From Desulfomonilia bacterium (GTDB taxonomy: Bacteria; Desulfobacterota; Desulfomonilia; UBA1062), in contig CAXXDQ010000007.1 in the NCBI GenBank assembly GCA_963664325.2, positions 973,749 to 1,037,748 on the forward strand: 64,000 nucleotides of DNA, in the 5' to 3' direction. The notes beneath the pieces were generated by a model. The model did not search any database. It was not told the origin of the DNA and saw nothing but the letters and a program-made list of their open reading frames with translations. The translations under genes and the position numbers were made by a program. Below, in pieces: positions 60,308 through 64,000 of the stretch. Every line of letters starts with the position of its first letter. Position 1 is the first letter of the stretch.

Positions 60308-61281
60308 ATGGCGCTTATCGGCACATTGAAAGGATTTGGAGTAACCGATATATTTCAGCTTATATCGCAGCAGATAAAAACCGGTCTCCTTATTCTCAGT
60401 ACCAGCAGGGAGACCATTACAGTTGCATTCAGGGACGGGATAATTCAGGGCATCTCTTCAGACAAATGGGAGTTAGATCCTAGAACGGAAATCCTTTCAA
60501 AAGGCAAGTTTGTAAATGAGAAAGACCTGAGAGCCGCTATTGAAAACCAGAAAAAAGGCCAGGGCAACTGGTATGACTACCTTATATCGAGGGGAAAAAC
60601 TCAGAGAAAACATCCTTGATAAGGCGTCAATTATCATTTTCAGGAATACAATGCTGGATGTCTTCCAGTGGGAAGAGGGAAATTACAGATTTGAAGACCT
60701 CGATGTCAACACCGAAAACATGCTGGCCTGTAACCTGCCGACAGAAGGGGTGGTACTGGATACATTGAGGATTATTGACGAATATCCGCTTATAAAACCC
60801 AAGACACCCCCCTTTGGATTACTGCCCTGTAGCCATATTGCCCCTTACGCAGGAATCAGCCGCAAGACATGACCTGAACAGTATAGATGTTGACATCTAT
60901 AACCTGATTGACGGCGAAAAAACCGTTCAGGATGTAATAAATCAGTCTCTCGAACTGCCCTTTGATGCAATAGCATCCATTGTAAAACTAATTGAATCCG
61001 GAATTGTCGAGGTGTTTCCAGTAGGTTCGGTGGAAAAAAGGGTTCAGACCATCGCCAGGGAAGAAACCTTCCGCAAGGTGAAAATAGCCGCACTTTATAT
61101 AAGCCTTCTTATCTGCATCATTTTGCTGATATTAATCGGAAAACCAAGGATTCTTGAGGGTCCCCTGGACATAGGCCCCGTCGTTTCATCACAGATTAAC
61201 GAACAGAAATCAATTGCTGAAAGAATCGCTAAGCAGGTGAAAGCGCCTTCAAGGACAGGTAAAGATAATTATGGCCATTAA
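60308..61281 (+). CDS. DUF4388 domain protein split by two +1 frameshifts
   Basis: MALIGTLKGFGVTDIFQLI..KTG, FQWEEGNYRFE; joins after removing one base at A5 60595-60599 and one at C6 60807-60812. Confidence 0.8.
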
Positions 61282-62914
61282 AACGCCTCTGCACAGGGGA
61301 AAAGGCAATATCAAGTTTTTTTGACAGGCTGTTTCCGTTACCGTTTACCGTGTATCCCAGCGTATGAAACACCCGGCCCGAATGCTGTAACATAAGCTTG
61401 ACCTGTGAACCTTCAAGCTTCTTGGTATTGAGAACCTCCATACCCGACATCATGAAGATCGGCTCAGGATTGCCTTCTCCATAAGGAGAAAGCATTTCAA
61501 GCTCTTTAAGCAGCCCCGGCGTAATATCGGAAGGAAATATTTTCATATCGACTTCAACCCTCGATTCGGAAGGCCTGATTTTCGAGACAGTCATTTCAAG
61601 TGAACTTGCAAACTGGATTATTTTGTCGGCCTCAATAGTCAGACCGACCGCCATTTTATGACCTCCGCATCCTATCAGAAGATGGGAGCATTCATTAATG
61701 GCCGCGTGAAGGTCAATCCCTTCCACCGATCTCCCTGAGCCTTTGCCGGTATTGTTGGTGATTGATATTACCACTGTCGGCCTCAGGTAGCGTTCTGAAA
61801 GACGGGAGGCTACTATGCCCACAACACCGGTATGCCAGTTTGTCCCTGCAACGACTATAACCTTTGGCAGATGCGGCCTGGCCTCGACCATTGATATGGC
61901 CTCTTTCAATACCTTCAGTTCCTCGGCCTGCCTTCTCTGGTTCAGGAGATGCAGTTCGGATGCAATCCGGCTGGCAGTGATCTCGTCATCCGTTGTAAGA
62001 AGCTCAAAGGCCTTCCTCGCATCCGAAATCCTGCCCGCCGCATTAATCCGCGGGCCAAGGATATAGCCGAGATCATGGGCAAAGACTTCACGATTGATAC
62101 CTGACACCTTTGCCAGGGCGGCTATGCCCGCGCGTCCCTGGGAATTCAGGACCAGGAGCCCTTCTTTTATCAATATCCTGTTTACGCCGGACAGCGATAC
62201 AACATCGGCTACGGTGGCCATCGCCACAAGATCCAGGTCTTCACGCAGATTGGGAAGATTTTCAAAACCGAGTTTTCTCAAATACGCCCTGAGTGCGATT
62301 ATCAGGTGAAACACGACGCCGGTACCGCAAAGGTCTTCACCGTAAAACGGGCAGTTTTCCTGCTTCGGATTTATAATGCTCAAGGTCTCAGGCAGCTTTC
62401 CTTCGGGCTCATGGTGATCCGTTATTATCACATCGATGCCCAGACTCTTTGCATAATTCACCTCAGAGCATGAATTAATACCGCAATCCGACGTAATGAT
62501 CAGAGTCGCACCCTGGCTGTGAAGGATATCTATCCCCCTTGTGTTAAGCCCGTATCCGTCAAAAGACCTGTCAGGAATGAATACCAGCGGTGCGGAGACA
62601 CCGAGTTTTGTAAAAAACCGGTACAGCAGTGCGGCACTGCATACACCGTCAACATCATAATCGGTAAAAACCCCTATTCTCTCTTTTTTGATGATGGCAT
62701 CAGCGATTCTCGCGCAGGCAGTCTCAATCCCCGTCATTGAAGCAGGGTCTTTCATATCATTCAGCCTTGGAGATATGAACCTCATCGCATCATCGGACGT
62801 ACTCATTCCCCTGAGCTTCAGAAGTGAGGTAAAAACAGGCGAAAAGTTAAGCCCGGGGATGGCGTTGTTTTCAACGTTCCCCCTGATTCGCCATGAAGAA
62901 GAATGAGTGATCAT
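61229..62914 (-). CDS. recJ: Single-stranded DNA exonuclease RecJ
   Basis: DYDVDG, DCG, TDHH, ATVADV, PRINAAGR, GSGRS, GGH. Confidence 0.95.
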   Translation of the reverse strand: MITHSSSWRIRGNVENNAIPGLNFSPVFTSLLKLRGMSTSDDAMRFISPRLNDMKDPASMTGIETACARIADAIIKKERIGVFTDYDVDGVCSAALLYRFFTKLGVSAPLVFIPDRSFDGYGLNTRGIDILHSQGATLIITSDCGINSCSEVNYAKSLGIDVIITDHHEPEGKLPETLSIINPKQENCPFYGEDLCGTGVVFHLIIALRAYLRKLGFENLPNLREDLDLVAMATVADVVSLSGVNRILIKEGLLVLNSQGRAGIAALAKVSGINREVFAHDLGYILGPRINAAGRISDARKAFELLTTDDEITASRIASELHLLNQRRQAEELKVLKEAISMVEARPHLPKVIVVAGTNWHTGVVGIVASRLSERYLRPTVVISITNNTGKGSGRSVEGIDLHAAINECSHLLIGCGGHKMAVGLTIEADKIIQFASSLEMTVSKIRPSESRVEVDMKIFPSDITPGLLKELEMLSPYGEGNPEPIFMMSGMEVLNTKKLEGSQVKLMLQHSGRVFHTLGYTVNGNGNSLSKKLDIAFSPVQRRFNGHNYLYLSLKALSPA

Positions 62915-62940
62915 AATTTTCTTTCCTGAATAATAGAGAC

Positions 62941-63282
62941 CTATCTGAATTTATTTATTTCACTGATAAGCATGGCCTCCGGCATGGCTCCGACTATATC
63001 ACCTGCCTTTATGCCGTTTTTAAAAATGAGCAGGTTCGGTATAGTGCGAATTTCGTATTTGGCTGACGTTGCCGGGTTTGTATCGACATCTAGCTTGCCG
63101 AATACGATGTCCCCCTGATGTTTCTTGGCGAGGCTTTCAATGATCGGTCCGAGCATGCGGCACGGGCCGCACCATTGCGCCCAGCAGTCTACAACCAGGA
63201 AGGGATACTTGCTTATGGCCACGTCAATATCTGCGTCAGTTAAAACAAGGGGCGTGTCGGGCATTTCATTTTTGCTGTCCAT
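62941..63282 (-). CDS. trxA: Thioredoxin
   Basis: WCGPC active site, GGAGG RBS. Confidence 0.93.
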   Translation of the reverse strand: MDSKNEMPDTPLVLTDADIDVAISKYPFLVVDCWAQWCGPCRMLGPIIESLAKKHQGDIVFGKLDVDTNPATSAKYEIRTIPNLLIFKNGIKAGDIVGAMPEAMLISEINKFR

Positions 63283-63299
63283 CTCTTCCTCCAAAATGA

Positions 63300-64000
<701 letters not shown>

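Noticed and set aside
61229-61281. 53-bp convergent overlap of the DUF4388 gene and recJ as a regulatory feature
   Set aside because: Short 3' overlaps are common, and the DUF4388 end is uncertain given the local frameshifts.

Overview
This 64-kb window looks like chromosomal DNA from an anaerobic Deltaproteobacterium/Desulfobacterota-like organism (inferred from gene content: sigma-54 activators, MglA, DUF4388, Fe-S and QueG-like proteins). Housekeeping genes (purB, metG, PSP1/RicT, paaK, ugd, ribF, tRNA-Leu(CAG), recD2, recJ, trxA, trxB) flank a long accessory stretch (about 22.3-53 kb) of redox, hydrolase, lipoprotein and transporter genes. Main observations: (1) a MerB-like organomercurial-lyase gene (33608-34363, minus strand) that the ORF track splits; both catalytic Cys positions are in-frame UGA codons, each followed by a SECIS-like hairpin, so it is probably a two-selenocysteine enzyme; (2) two integron gene cassettes with attC sites and no integrase in the window, one encoding a protein with a HEPN-like RxxxxH motif; (3) a family of about 125-bp ERIC/RPE-like palindromic elements with compensatory base changes; (4) a 52-bp tandem repeat; (5) several readable operator and sigma-54 sites. 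Five +1 frameshifts in homopolymer runs, including two in trxB, suggest sequencing or assembly indel errors. All calls come from reading motifs by eye; no database searches were run.
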